From Gemmatimonadota bacterium (GTDB lineage: Bacteria > Gemmatimonadota > Gemmatimonadetes > Palauibacterales > Palauibacteraceae): a stretch of 34,166 bases of DNA. The DNA lies in NCBI GenBank assembly GCA_039588275.1, contig JBDHAC010000035.1:1-34166 (forward strand). Reading direction: 5' to 3'. The position numbers and the translations under genes were made by a program. The notes below the pieces were generated by a model. That model made no database searches. It saw only the letters and a list, made by a program, of their open reading frames with translations, and had not been told where the DNA came from. Positions 1 to 8,299 of this stretch are shown here, in pieces (within the stretch, counting starts at the first letter, position 1; every line of letters starts with the position of its first letter).

Positions 1-64
1 CACGGAAGATCGACTGGATCTGTGTGTCGCTGAGACTCGACGTGAAGACGCGTTGCATGGGCAT
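1..64 (-). CDS. 5' end of a CDS running off the window edge (MPMQRVFTSSLSDTQIQSIFR...), function unknown
   Basis: ATG at 64 (second ATG at 58), open frame to the window edge, preceded by an inverted-repeat site. Too short to identify. Confidence 0.45.
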   Translation of the reverse strand, partial: MPMQRVFTSSLSDTQIQSIFR

Positions 65-66
65 CC

Positions 67-96
67 TGACACTTGACCTTGGTCCACCAAGTGTCA
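67..96. promoter_or_regulatory. Inverted-repeat operator candidate
   Basis: TGACACTTG-N12-CAAGTGTCA (67-75/88-96) with an overlapping palindrome TTGGT-CC-ACCAA (79-90), similar to GntR/FadR-type TGGT-N2-ACCA sites. Lies just upstream of the ATG at 64. Confidence 0.45.
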
Positions 97-245
97 AATG
101 CCCTCAGCTGAAAACGTCTGGGCGCTATCAACGGGCTCTGAACGCAGGCCGAGACGTTTCCGCTGAAACGCGTTCTCTCGATCAACCGATTCTCAAGCCC
201 GAGGCGCCCTTTCCCGCGTGACCCACCCATCCTCGCGACACACAT

Positions 246-833
246 CTAGGGCGCGCTCCAGCGCATGATCGGTCTGGTTTCACTCCGCCGGGCCACTTCG
301 GAAAACCCGGCGGCCAGGTACGCTGACGCGATCCCCGTCCAGGCGAACGCGTCCGGCATCCGGTCTTTGCGCGGCTCCGTCGGATAGCCCTCCACGATCC
401 GGCCGCCGCTCGCGACCGCGAACTCCGCCGCACCTCTAAGCAGCGCCACCGAGACGCCGCGCCACCTCCAGGCGCGAGTGACGAACAGACACACGATCGA
501 CCACACCGGCCGCTCATCCACCGGCTTCAGGATCCGCGAGCGGTTCAGACGCGAGAAATCCGGGCGTGGCCCGACAGAGCACCATCCGACCGGCTCGTCG
601 CCGGCGTACGCGATCACGCCGGGTGGGGGACCGCCCTCCACGATCGCCTTGAAGGAGGCCCGGTTCCCTTCCCCCTTGTGTTCCTCGAACTCGCGCTGCG
701 TCTGACGCCAGTACATGCACCAGCATCCGGCGCACGCGCCGCGCGGTCCGAACAGGATCTCGAGATCGTCCCAGCGATCGGGGGTGGCTGGGACGATGGC
801 GAGCGTTGGGAGCTCGCCACCTTTGGAGGGCAA
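246..833 (-). CDS. GNAT-family N-acetyltransferase
   Basis: Has WDDLExLFG...CWCMYWR, the acetyl-CoA motif RWRGVSVALL and VEGYP. The likely TTG start at 833 is just after the upstream stop; the longer 1085 start overlaps ogt in another frame. Confidence 0.85.
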   Translation of the reverse strand: MPSKGGELPTLAIVPATPDRWDDLEILFGPRGACAGCWCMYWRQTQREFEEHKGEGNRASFKAIVEGGPPPGVIAYAGDEPVGWCSVGPRPDFSRLNRSRILKPVDERPVWSIVCLFVTRAWRWRGVSVALLRGAAEFAVASGGRIVEGYPTEPRKDRMPDAFAWTGIASAYLAAGFSEVARRSETRPIMRWSAP

Positions 834-843
834 CGCGGGCGCC

Positions 844-1542
844 TCAGCTCGCGCGCAGGAGATCTTCGCGCCCCTCGATCGTGAGGAGCGCCTCCTTGTA
901 CTCGACCCCGCCCCCGTAGCCGCCCAGGCCGCCGTCACGGCGCACGACCCGGTGACAGGGAACGACGATCGCCACGGGGTTGTGGCCGAGCGCGTTCCCG
1001 ACCGCGCGCGCGGCCTTCGGACGTCCGATCCGGCGGGCCAGCTCCGAGTACGGCACCACCGTCCCGAACGGGAGCCGGCTGGCACCTTCCAGCACGCTGC
1101 GCTCGAACTTCGACAGCGCGCTCAAATCCACGGGGAGGTCGAACGCGGAGCGCTCGCCGCCGAAGTACTCGCCCAACTGGTGCTCCGCTTCGGCCAGCGC
1201 CTCGGGATCGTACACCACCGGGTGCCCCGGGAAGCGCGTCTCCTGTTCGCCGACGAAGGCATCGTCGTCCGGCTGTTGCCACGAGACGCGCACAAGCCCT
1301 GCGTCGCTCGCCGCAACATACGTCCGACCGAACGGCGTCTCGAAGCCGTGCCAGCGAATCGTCTCCTTCTTGCAGCAAGTCGGTAGAACCTGTTCCAGCT
1401 GCCGGAACTCCACCGCCTGATCGCAACACGCTTCGCATTCGCCCAGGTGCTCCGCCATTGCCGCTTCGGCCTCCGGCTCCATCTCGCGGGCGACGTACGC
1501 CAGCACCTCGTCTTCGGTATACGTGCAGACGTCCGTGCTCAT
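844..1542 (-). CDS. ogt: Methylated-DNA-[protein]-cysteine S-methyltransferase with an N-terminal zf-HC2 (zinc anti-sigma) domain
   Basis: C-terminal RAVGNAL..NPVAIVVPCHRVV..G..GGY (intact PCHR active site). N-terminal LAYV..E...AEHLGECEAC is an HxxxCxxC ZAS motif. The ATG at 1542 overlaps the sigma-factor stop (ATGA). Confidence 0.9.
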   Translation of the reverse strand: MSTDVCTYTEDEVLAYVAREMEPEAEAAMAEHLGECEACCDQAVEFRQLEQVLPTCCKKETIRWHGFETPFGRTYVAASDAGLVRVSWQQPDDDAFVGEQETRFPGHPVVYDPEALAEAEHQLGEYFGGERSAFDLPVDLSALSKFERSVLEGASRLPFGTVVPYSELARRIGRPKAARAVGNALGHNPVAIVVPCHRVVRRDGGLGGYGGGVEYKEALLTIEGREDLLRAS

Positions 1543-2114
1543 ATCGAAATCTCCTCGCACCAGATCTCGCACAGCTCCCTCCGAAGCCGCTTGAGACCCT
1601 GGTAGACGTTGGCGCGGGCCGTCCCGGGCGATCCGCCGAGCCGGGCCGCGATCGTGTCGTAGTCGCACCCTTCCAGCCACCGGAGCCACACTGCCTCGCG
1701 CTGGCGCCGCGGGAGCTGGGCCACCGACGCGCGTACCCGAACGCGAGTCTCTTCGGTAAGCCGCCCCACCCACGCGTCGGGTGAGGCCTCGGGCTCGGGA
1801 GCCACGCGCCCCGACCGCTCCGTGAGGAGCTCGCGGTGGCGCCGGTGGCAGGCCAGCACGTCGAGGGCCCGCCGCGTCGCCACGCGGTACAGCCAGGCTC
1901 GTGGGTTGGAGTCGGGTCCGTCGTCGGGGGGCGATCGGAGGGCCGTGACCCACACCTCCTGGAGGATGTCGCGTGCGTCTTCGGCGCGGAGCGACATCCC
2001 GAGGAGGTGCCGCTCGAGTTCCTCTCCGTGCGCTTCTACCCAGCCCGCGAGCCGAGCGTCTCTCGCGATCTTCGCCTCCCGTTCAGGCGGTTCATGGTCA
2101 CGGCCGGGTCGCAT
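1539..2114 (-). CDS. ECF (sigma-70 group 4) RNA polymerase sigma factor
   Basis: Region 2 DARDILQEVW...AWLYRVA; region 4 LPRRQREAVWLR...YDTIAARLG.SPGTARANVYQGLKRLR. The start is uncertain (2114 chosen, 2204 possible). Confidence 0.9.
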   Translation of the reverse strand: MRPGRDHEPPEREAKIARDARLAGWVEAHGEELERHLLGMSLRAEDARDILQEVWVTALRSPPDDGPDSNPRAWLYRVATRRALDVLACHRRHRELLTERSGRVAPEPEASPDAWVGRLTEETRVRVRASVAQLPRRQREAVWLRWLEGCDYDTIAARLGGSPGTARANVYQGLKRLRRELCEIWCEEISI

Positions 2115-2136
2115 CGTTGCCGGTCGTGATCCGATG

Positions 2137-2163
2137 CCACGCTGAACCGCGGCGCCCGTTCCC
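2137..2163 (-). promoter_or_regulatory. Candidate ECF-type (autoregulatory) promoter
   Basis: Minus strand reads GGGAAC-N16-CGTGG about 25 nt upstream of the sigma ATG, matching the generic ECF -35 AAC / -10 CGT pattern. Confidence 0.4.
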
Positions 2164-2247
2164 GCCAGTGGCTGCCCGCACCCCGATTCGCTCATGCCTC
2201 GCATCCCCTCGGGCCGGCCGGCCGGCTGGGGTGCCGGTGAGCCGGGC

Positions 2248-2385
2248 TCATGCCACCCACGGCCGCCCCGTGATCAAGACCGCGCCCACGGCGTTGGTCA
2301 GGAGGAGCGGGACGCCGACGCTCACCAGCACCAGAAACACTCCCCCCCGAAAGATCTCCGTCCATGTCCAAAAACGTGTCAACAT
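2248..2385 (-). CDS. Small hydrophobic protein (45 aa)
   Basis: MLTRFWTWTEIFRGGVFLVLVSVGVPLLLTNAVGAVLITGRPWVA, with a purine-rich RBS (GAGAGGGAAG) before the ATG at 2385. Co-oriented upstream of the ECF gene. Confidence 0.5.
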   Translation of the reverse strand: MLTRFWTWTEIFRGGVFLVLVSVGVPLLLTNAVGAVLITGRPWVA

Positions 2386-2737
2386 GTCGCTTCCCTCTCG
2401 TTGATCGGTCGGCTCTTCACCGCCGCATAATCTCGTCGCTTTCACCCCTATAACGGGCGACCTGGATCGACGTGAAAGGGTCGCTGTCGAGCGGAGTTCT
2501 GCCCGTGCCCGCGTGTGCGGTCGATCTGGTGTCCTTTCATCGTCCGAGGGGGCTGCCCCACACCCCACGTAGAGCATCTCCCGACTTGCGCAGGGAGAAC
2601 TGCGCATCATGGTGACGCTGCTTCACACCGAGCCGCGACGTGCTGTAGCCGATGGCACGCCACGACCCCGCGTCTGCCCCTGCAGACACAAACCGTGGCA
2701 GACGTAGTTCCCTTCATCGGCGTGGAGGGGTTTTCCC

Positions 2738-3262
2738 ATGAGACCCGTGTTAGTCCCCCGACTTATCCCAGTCTTGCTCTGCAGCGTGGCTCTAGTGGGC
2801 TGCGAAGGAACTTCGGATCCTGAACTCAACGTTCCTGATCCCGCGGTGGACGATCTCCAGGCGACGACCAACCCTAAGCACGAAAACCCGTTCCTCGGCG
2901 CTTGGAAGCTCACGAGCGCCGTGGTGGGTGACGACGAGCTCCACCCCGGACGACACTTTTCGTTTATCATGACCCTCTGGAGCGACGGAACGCACTCGGT
3001 GTCCGTTTCCGGTGACGCTGACAACCTGGTTTGCCAGGCGGACACCAGTTGCGGCTGGAGCGGCACGTACACCTACACGGGCACTACCATCACCACTGAT
3101 GAGCCGGAGCACCCCGATCCCGGGGAACGAGGCGAGGATACGAGTTTGTACGCTTTCTGCGCCAACAAGCTGATCTTCATGGATGAGGCCGACGATGATG
3201 CTGGTTTCAGGTTGACCTTCGAGAGGACTCGCCGGAACTGCTACGTGAGAGACTGCACCTGA
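2738..3262 (+). CDS. Lipoprotein, possibly lipocalin-like beta-barrel
   Basis: Signal peptide with lipobox LVGC; LGAWKLTS and GTYTYTG motifs typical of lipocalin-like lipoproteins; RBS GGAGG. Confidence 0.7.
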   Translation: MRPVLVPRLIPVLLCSVALVGCEGTSDPELNVPDPAVDDLQATTNPKHENPFLGAWKLTSAVVGDDELHPGRHFSFIMTLWSDGTHSVSVSGDADNLVCQADTSCGWSGTYTYTGTTITTDEPEHPDPGERGEDTSLYAFCANKLIFMDEADDDAGFRLTFERTRRNCYVRDCT

Positions 3263-3268
3263 ACGCCT

Positions 3269-3295
3269 GAGGGCGGCTCCACCGGGGCCGCCCTC
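3269..3295 (+). terminator. GC-rich hairpin after the lipoprotein gene
   Basis: GAGGGCGGCTCC-ACC-GGGGCCGCCCTC, 6 nt after the stop codon; no U-tract. Confidence 0.5.
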
Positions 3296-3517
3296 CTCAC
3301 CGCCCGTCCTCCTTCGTAAGCTCCGTCGAACGGTGTCCGCGTTCCACGTGCGGGGTTGATCCTCCTGACCGGCGGCTGAAAACTGGCCCCGGAGCCCGCG
3401 CCGCCGTACCGTTCGCATCGTGCCGCGAGAGCCATTCGAGCGGCCTCGGACCTGTCGGACATCTGGGGTCATTCCTCCCCGTCAACCATTGAAATCAACT
3501 CGAGAGAGAAGGTCAAC

Positions 3518-4651
3518 GTGACTTCGCGAACGATAGCGTTCAGCACCTGCCTGCTGGCCCTTGACGTCACGGCCTTCGGCTGCGCGCCGGCCGATGAGAC
3601 CGCCGACACCGAGCCACAGGCGGAGGCGACGGCCGAGGCTCAGGAGCCCGGACCGGCCGAAGCGTACGAGCCCGAGCCCGGTGAGACCCGAATCCAGAAC
3701 CTGCGCATGCTCACCTTCGCCGGGGAGAACGCGGAGGCGTACTTCTCGTCCGATGGGCAACAGCTCATCTTCCAGCGGCACGGCGCCGGCGAGTACGACT
3801 GCGATCAGATCTTCACGATGACGGCGAGCGGCGGGGAGAAGCAGCTCGTCTCGACGGGGACGGGGCGCACGACGTGCGCGTACTTCTTCCCCTCCGGCGA
3901 TCGCATCGTCTACAGCTCGACGCACGAGGTCGGAGCGGAGTGCCCGGCGCCCCCGGACTACAGCCGCGGATACGTGTGGGCACTGTACGATTACGACATC
4001 TACGTGGCGAACCCCGACGGCTCGACCCCCGAGGTCCTGTTCAGTTCGCCGGGCTACGATGCGGAAGCGACGATCTCCCAGGACGGCTCCAAGATCGTGT
4101 TCACGTCGGTGGCGAACGGCGATCTGGACATCTACACGATGAACGCTGACGGGACAGACATCCGTCAGCTGACGGACGAGCCTGGGTACGACGGCGGGCC
4201 GTTCTTCTCGGCGGATGGGACAAAGATCGTGTACCGCGCTCACCACCCCACCGACCCCGGGGAGTTGGCGGATTACCAGGCGTTGCTCGCCGACGGCCTC
4301 GTGCGACCGGGGGTGCTGGAGATCTGGGTGATGGACGCCGACGGCTCGAACAAGCGCCAGCTCACGGACCACGGGGCCGCCAGCTTCGCGCCGTTCTTCC
4401 ACCCGAGCGGCGAGCAGATCATCTTCGCGTCCAATTTGCACGAGCCGACGGGACGCAACTTCGACCTGTATCTCATCAACATCGATGGGACGGGGCTCGA
4501 GCGCGTGACCACATTCGACGACTTCGACAGCTTCCCCATGTTCTCGCCGGACGGCTCGAAGCTCGTGTTCGGGTCGAACCGCCACCAGCGTGAGGCCGGG
4601 AGCACGAACGTGTTCATCGCCGATTGGGTGGATGAACCGCAGACCCCGTAA
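3518..4651 (+). CDS. TolB-like PD40 beta-propeller lipoprotein
   Basis: Lipobox AFGC, an acidic linker, and six FSxDG-type repeats (YFSSDG, FFPSG, ISQDG, FSADG, FHPSG, FSPDG). Confidence 0.85.
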   Translation: MTSRTIAFSTCLLALDVTAFGCAPADETADTEPQAEATAEAQEPGPAEAYEPEPGETRIQNLRMLTFAGENAEAYFSSDGQQLIFQRHGAGEYDCDQIFTMTASGGEKQLVSTGTGRTTCAYFFPSGDRIVYSSTHEVGAECPAPPDYSRGYVWALYDYDIYVANPDGSTPEVLFSSPGYDAEATISQDGSKIVFTSVANGDLDIYTMNADGTDIRQLTDEPGYDGGPFFSADGTKIVYRAHHPTDPGELADYQALLADGLVRPGVLEIWVMDADGSNKRQLTDHGAASFAPFFHPSGEQIIFASNLHEPTGRNFDLYLINIDGTGLERVTTFDDFDSFPMFSPDGSKLVFGSNRHQREAGSTNVFIADWVDEPQTP

Positions 4652-4718
4652 ACGATTGACCCGCATTCGAAACGGTCGACGGGCGTCGAGCGCCGACGTG
4701 TTCGGTTCCGGGGCGACC

Positions 4719-5870
4719 GTGCGCCTCACACGCCCCGTGCCCGCGCCGACCTGCGCACTCCTCGGCCTCGCCGCGATCGCGGCAGTCGTAGCCCCCAGCT
4801 CCGCCGGGGCACAGACACCGGACGGACTGGTCACCGATGTGGATGCGCACGTTCGCGCTGTCATGGAATCCGCCTCCTTGCCGGGTGTCGCGGTGGCGAT
4901 CGTGTACGGAGACAGCGTCCTGCACCTGGCCGGATACGGCGTGGCTGACCGCGACACCGGCCGTCCGGTCGAGCCGGGCACGCTCTTTCAGATCGGCTCG
5001 AGCAGCAAGACGTTCACGACCGTCCTGCTCGGGATGCTGGTGGAGCGCGGGCAGATCGCGTTCGACGACCCGGTGCAGCAGCACCTACCGCCCGACGTCA
5101 CGTTCCCCGAATCCGAGGGGGCGCCCGTCACGATTCGCCGACTTGCCCTACACATGGCAGGACTGCCGCGCGACCCGCCGACGCTTCGGCGCGCGCACGG
5201 CGACGCACCCGTGCTCGCGTTCACGCACTTCGAACTCTATCAGAGCATCGAGCGCTCAGATCTCGAGTTCGAGCCGGGCGAGGGGTGGCAGTACTCGAAT
5301 TTCGGCTTCGCGGTGCTGGGGCACGCGCTCGAGCGCGCGTCCGGGATGCCGTACGAGACGCTCCTCTGGCGAGAGCTGTTGTGGCCGCTGGGGATGGAGA
5401 ACAGCACGATCACCCTGTGGCCCCGCCACTTGCCCCGTCTGGCGCTCCCGTACTACCCCAACACCCGTACCGGCGAGCTCGAGGACTACACGCCGTGGGA
5501 TCCGGAAGCGATGTCGCCGGCGGGTGGCATCGCGTCGACCGCCGAGGATCTGGCCAAGTATCTCACGCTTCACATAGTGCTGGATATGAACGATGGCAAG
5601 CTGATTTCCAGTAATATGTTAGAAGAGCTGCACGAGCCACAGGCCACGCTCAATGATGAGCTGTCGTATGCGTACGGGTGGTTCGTGCGGGAGCTGCAGG
5701 GCGTAGGCCGGATCGTCGAGCACGGCGGAGAGGTGGACGGCTACACCTCGTTCCTCGGGTTCGCTCCCGACGCTCGCGTGGGCGTCGCAGTCCTGACCAA
5801 CACGGGCGACGCGCCGACGAACGACCTGGGCGAGTGGATCCTCCGCCGCGCCGTCGCGTCGCTCCGCTGA
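4719..5870 (+). CDS. Serine hydrolase, beta-lactamase class C/AmpC-like family, secreted
   Basis: FQIGSSSK (SxxK), YSN and HGG motifs; signal peptide ending AGA|Q. The start is uncertain (GTG 4698 or 4719). Confidence 0.85.
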   Translation: MRLTRPVPAPTCALLGLAAIAAVVAPSSAGAQTPDGLVTDVDAHVRAVMESASLPGVAVAIVYGDSVLHLAGYGVADRDTGRPVEPGTLFQIGSSSKTFTTVLLGMLVERGQIAFDDPVQQHLPPDVTFPESEGAPVTIRRLALHMAGLPRDPPTLRRAHGDAPVLAFTHFELYQSIERSDLEFEPGEGWQYSNFGFAVLGHALERASGMPYETLLWRELLWPLGMENSTITLWPRHLPRLALPYYPNTRTGELEDYTPWDPEAMSPAGGIASTAEDLAKYLTLHIVLDMNDGKLISSNMLEELHEPQATLNDELSYAYGWFVRELQGVGRIVEHGGEVDGYTSFLGFAPDARVGVAVLTNTGDAPTNDLGEWILRRAVASLR

Positions 5871-5934
5871 ACGCTGACGCGGGCTGACAAGCGGTCGCGG
5901 CGGTCGGGGCCAGCTTGAACGATCGCGGGCCATC

Positions 5935-5972
5935 CCTGGTTTTGCAGCAGCGTCCTGGTTTTGCAGCAGCGT
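5935..5972. repeat. Perfect 19-bp tandem duplication
   Basis: CCTGGTTTTGCAGCAGCGT at 5935-5953 and again at 5954-5972. Confidence 0.9.
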
Positions 5973-6854
5973 CACCTGGAGACGGAGCAGATCGTGATCT
6001 CGACACACGCACGCCTCAGGGTCCTTCCCATGTTCGTCTCGTTGCTCGGGTTCTTCATGCGGCCAGCGTACGGGCAAACTGATTCGTACCACATTCTGCT
6101 CACGAACGACGACGGCATCGAATCTCCTGGTATTCAGGCACTCGCCGAAGCGCTGAGAGCAGTTGGACAAGTTCACGTGATCGCGCCATGCGGAGAGCGC
6201 AGCGGCAGCAGCATGTCGGTGGCCCTGAGGGACGAGCTCTACCTCCGAGCCGTACAGCAAGACGGCGACACGCTTGGACATTGCGTCGATACCACCCCGG
6301 CCGGTGCCGTGATGCTGGCGATCACCACCTTGTCCCCGGACAGTGGGTTCGACCTCGTGGTAAGCGGAATCAACCGCGGCGCCAACGTAGGTACGTCGGC
6401 GCACATGTCCGGAACGGTGGGCGGCGCGATGATGGGCGCGTTCTACGGGTTGCCGGCGGTGGCGGCATCACTCGGGGGGCGTACCGCGGACTTCGACTAC
6501 TCGGCCCGGTTCGTCGCCGCGTTCGTCGACGAGCTGAAGCAACGTCCCGCTCTATCCGGGATCGTGCTATCGATCAACATCCCCCGGGCCTCGGAAGCCG
6601 ATATCGCCGGGGTGACCGTGGCGAAGATGGGGGGAGGCCACCTGACATTCGCGTACGAGGAGGTAGAGGACGTTGGCGATGACAGACGCTTCACTCCGAG
6701 GATCGGGCTGGCAACGGACTTTCCCGACGAGACCGACACGGAGGCATTCATGCGCGACATGATCACGGTCACGCCGCTCGAATTCGACTGGACGGCATAC
6801 TCCGTATTGGAGCAGCTGAGGGGATGGGGGCTGAGTCACGAGGTCCCTCGCTAG
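5961..6854 (+). CDS. surE: 5'/3'-nucleotidase SurE family, with an N-terminal signal-like extension
   Basis: ILLTNDDG, SGINRGAN and SGTVGGA motifs; hydrophobic MFVSLLGFFMRPAYGQ precedes the domain. The true start may be 5994 or 6030. Confidence 0.85.
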   Translation: MQQRHLETEQIVISTHARLRVLPMFVSLLGFFMRPAYGQTDSYHILLTNDDGIESPGIQALAEALRAVGQVHVIAPCGERSGSSMSVALRDELYLRAVQQDGDTLGHCVDTTPAGAVMLAITTLSPDSGFDLVVSGINRGANVGTSAHMSGTVGGAMMGAFYGLPAVAASLGGRTADFDYSARFVAAFVDELKQRPALSGIVLSINIPRASEADIAGVTVAKMGGGHLTFAYEEVEDVGDDRRFTPRIGLATDFPDETDTEAFMRDMITVTPLEFDWTAYSVLEQLRGWGLSHEVPR

Positions 6855-6882
6855 TCGGACCGGTCCCAGACACTGGAGAGCC

Positions 6883-8145
6883 TCAGTAACCCCGCTGAAG
6901 GTCGACCACATTCAACATTCTGTCGCCCGCGACATAACGGCGGAGGTTCTCCCGATAGAGCAGGAACTGATTGTCTCGATACCGGTTGGAGTAGTCCGAG
7001 ACATGCGGCGTCATGATGACACGGGGTAGGTCCCAGAGCTCCCAGTCGGTCTGAGGCAGGTCGTCCGTCCCGAACCCCGCGATCTTCCCCGATCTGAGCG
7101 CCTCCTTCAAATCCTCCCAGTTCACGACCGGAAGTCGCACGATGCTGACGAAGTACGCGCTTTCTTTCATCGCGTCGAAGAACCTCGCGTCGAACATCTC
7201 TCTGGTGTCGGGGGTGCTGGGGACCGAGGCGTATACCACATCGGCTTCGGCAGCTAGGGAGTAGAGCTCATCCGGGAGGCCCACGTAATCGACAAAAGCC
7301 GGGCCGGATCGGCTCGTGTTCCGAATCCCGATCACCCGCATGCCCAGGGCGTGAGCGAGACGACCCACCTCCGTACCGATACTCCCGAGCCCGACAACGA
7401 GCAGCGTCTGATCCTGGAACTCCTTATCCAGGTGCTTGTCCTTCACCACGTCCGTCTGCGTGCGTCCCCAGACGTGGTTCTCCTGCCGTTCATCGTGGAT
7501 ATCCATGCCGCCGATCAACGAGAGCATGATCGTGAGAGAATGCTGGGCGATGGCGCGCGCGGTCATGCCACGAATCGAGGTCACCACGATGTTGCGTTCA
7601 CGCAGAATCCGATTGGTCTCGCCGGGCGGCGTGCCGCTCAGGAAGCAGCCCTCGACGCCGACGCTACCCGACTGAACCCAGTGGACCTCCGGACCGATCG
7701 CTGCCACGGTACTCGCGGCGCACCCGAGTCCGAGCACCGCGTCTGCATCCGCGAGCACGCCTCGATCGACGGCGTCTCCTCGATTCCTGACGGGGATGAG
7801 CTCGACACCGGGGGCGACTTCCTGCAGAAACGCCATCCGCTCCTCGCGTCGATCCCACTCCTCGGGAACGACGACGACCACTTTTTCGGGGGGAGCCCAA
7901 CCCGGCAGCTCACGGACCGGCATATCGTGCTCGCGAAGATCGAACACCCGTACCAGCTCTTCCGACGTGAAGTCTTCGTAGGACCCAGTCGGGGGAGCTG
8001 CGGGCTCGCGCGCTGTCTGGGGAGCTGACGGCTCGCGGACGGCCGGGGCTTCCCCGCCCCGCGAGCAAGCGAGTGATATCGCGCAGAAGCCGACCACGAG
8101 TGGCCGCACCACGAGGTGCCAGCGAGTCAACGGCGCCGTGCACAT
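6883..8145 (-). CDS. D-isomer-specific 2-hydroxyacid dehydrogenase family protein with a lipoprotein signal peptide
   Basis: Rossmann GLGSIG, TPHVS and the C-terminal NLRRYVAG..MLNVVD..RGY; RBS AGGAAGG before ATG 8145; lipobox SLAC. Confidence 0.85.
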   Translation of the reverse strand: MCTAPLTRWHLVVRPLVVGFCAISLACSRGGEAPAVREPSAPQTAREPAAPPTGSYEDFTSEELVRVFDLREHDMPVRELPGWAPPEKVVVVVPEEWDRREERMAFLQEVAPGVELIPVRNRGDAVDRGVLADADAVLGLGCAASTVAAIGPEVHWVQSGSVGVEGCFLSGTPPGETNRILRERNIVVTSIRGMTARAIAQHSLTIMLSLIGGMDIHDERQENHVWGRTQTDVVKDKHLDKEFQDQTLLVVGLGSIGTEVGRLAHALGMRVIGIRNTSRSGPAFVDYVGLPDELYSLAAEADVVYASVPSTPDTREMFDARFFDAMKESAYFVSIVRLPVVNWEDLKEALRSGKIAGFGTDDLPQTDWELWDLPRVIMTPHVSDYSNRYRDNQFLLYRENLRRYVAGDRMLNVVDLQRGY

Positions 8146-8299
8146 GAGGGTCCCACCTTCCTGTGAGTAGTTCGTCGAGAAGCCGACGACCGAACCCCGC
8201 GCCGGGCTTGTAGAGATGGGCTCTTCGAGCAGATTACGACCGGCCGTTGGCGCTGTCGAACGCGTGACACCGGTGGCCCTCCCAGGGCCGTAACCTTCG

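Noticed and set aside
844..1953. 369-aa extended Ogt ORF and the 279-aa extended GNAT ORF (246-1085)
   Set aside because: The extensions overlap the upstream genes in other frames and read as Arg/Pro/Ala-rich shadow sequence. Coupled starts at 1542 and 833 fit better.
3518..4651. Calling this gene tolB
   Set aside because: It lacks the TolB N-terminal domain and tolQRA/pal context, and it is a lipoprotein; only the PD40 propeller is shared.
4719..5870. Antibiotic-resistance beta-lactamase
   Set aside because: SxxK/YxN/HGG motifs are shared by many esterases and peptidases; the KTG triad of AmpC is absent and there is no mobile context.
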